From: Planctomycetales bacterium
Lineage (GTDB): Bacteria; Planctomycetota; Planctomycetia; Planctomycetales; Planctomycetaceae
Length of the DNA: 64,000 nucleotides
Assembly: GCA_040877365.1 (NCBI GenBank)
Contig: JBBDNU010000153.1
Location: 5,049-69,048, forward strand
Direction: 5' to 3'
The notes under the pieces were generated by a model. The model had not been told where the DNA came from, made no database searches, and was given only the letters and a program-made list of their open reading frames with translations. A program made the translations under genes and the position numbers. Positions within the stretch are counted from its first letter, which is position 1; the number at the start of each line of letters is the position of its first letter. Of the stretch, positions 63,985 through 64,000 are shown in pieces.

Positions 63985-64000
63985 GATGTTTTCCTCCACG

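Noticed and set aside
1-64000. Search for sigma-54 (-24/-12, TGGCAC-N5-TTGC) promoters that the activator at 49-2100 might control, and for tRNA/rRNA genes
   Set aside because: The TGGCAC occurrences I saw (for example near 4487, 31186, 33902 and 51810) lie inside coding regions or lack a TTGC at the right spacing. I noticed no T-arm (GGTTCGAATCC-like) or rRNA signatures. This was a by-eye scan only, so absence is not proven.

Overview
High-GC (hand-counted lines mostly 63-77% G+C), gene-dense chromosomal segment. Gene content suggests a Planctomycetota-like organism: Tat-signal Gfo/Idh/MocA oxidoreductases, an FGE/SUMF1-type enzyme, secreted Kelch-type propellers, an RND metal pump with no outer-membrane factor, and many lipoproteins. 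This taxon call is an inference, not a search result.

I support about 55 protein-coding genes.
- Housekeeping genes: lpdA, bioD, ispH, murD, gltD, apbE, an Fe/Mn superoxide dismutase, an LptF/G-type permease, and APC and SSS transporters.
- A MacB-type ABC efflux cluster with an HlyD adaptor.
- A Cus/Czc-type RND metal-efflux operon with a tandemly duplicated adaptor.
- A sigma-54 activator.
- Three paralogous secreted Kelch-like proteins.
- Two transglutaminase-fold proteins.

I saw no rRNA, tRNA or CRISPR array.

Most interesting observations:
1. A ParD-like antitoxin is translationally coupled (TGATG) to a DUF434/NYN-like predicted nuclease instead of ParE. This is a candidate undescribed toxin-antitoxin pair.
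2. A lower-GC islet encodes a stand-alone Rhs-core-tail/C-terminal toxin cassette, followed by a secreted helical-repeat protein and a small membrane protein. It lies just downstream of a transglutaminase-fold protein carrying five tandem H-x3-C-x-C-x2-C repeats.
3. Several families of GC-rich palindromic (REP/MITE-like) elements are present. Three copies of about 90 nt sit in frame inside conserved enzymes (a Gfo/Idh/MocA oxidoreductase, ApbE and GltD).
4. A 24-nt repeat unit forms a GCAA-tetraloop hairpin and shows a compensatory double substitution between copies.
5. Heptamer (GTRACGA) arrays lie at two gene ends.
6. Also present: a decayed PIN-like gene, a canonical VapBC pair, and an unannotated 52-aa zinc-ribbon ORF.

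Limits: all functional calls rest on motifs I recognise by eye. No database search, HMM or RNA folding was run. Hairpin and repeat coordinates are hand-counted and may be off by 1-2 nt.
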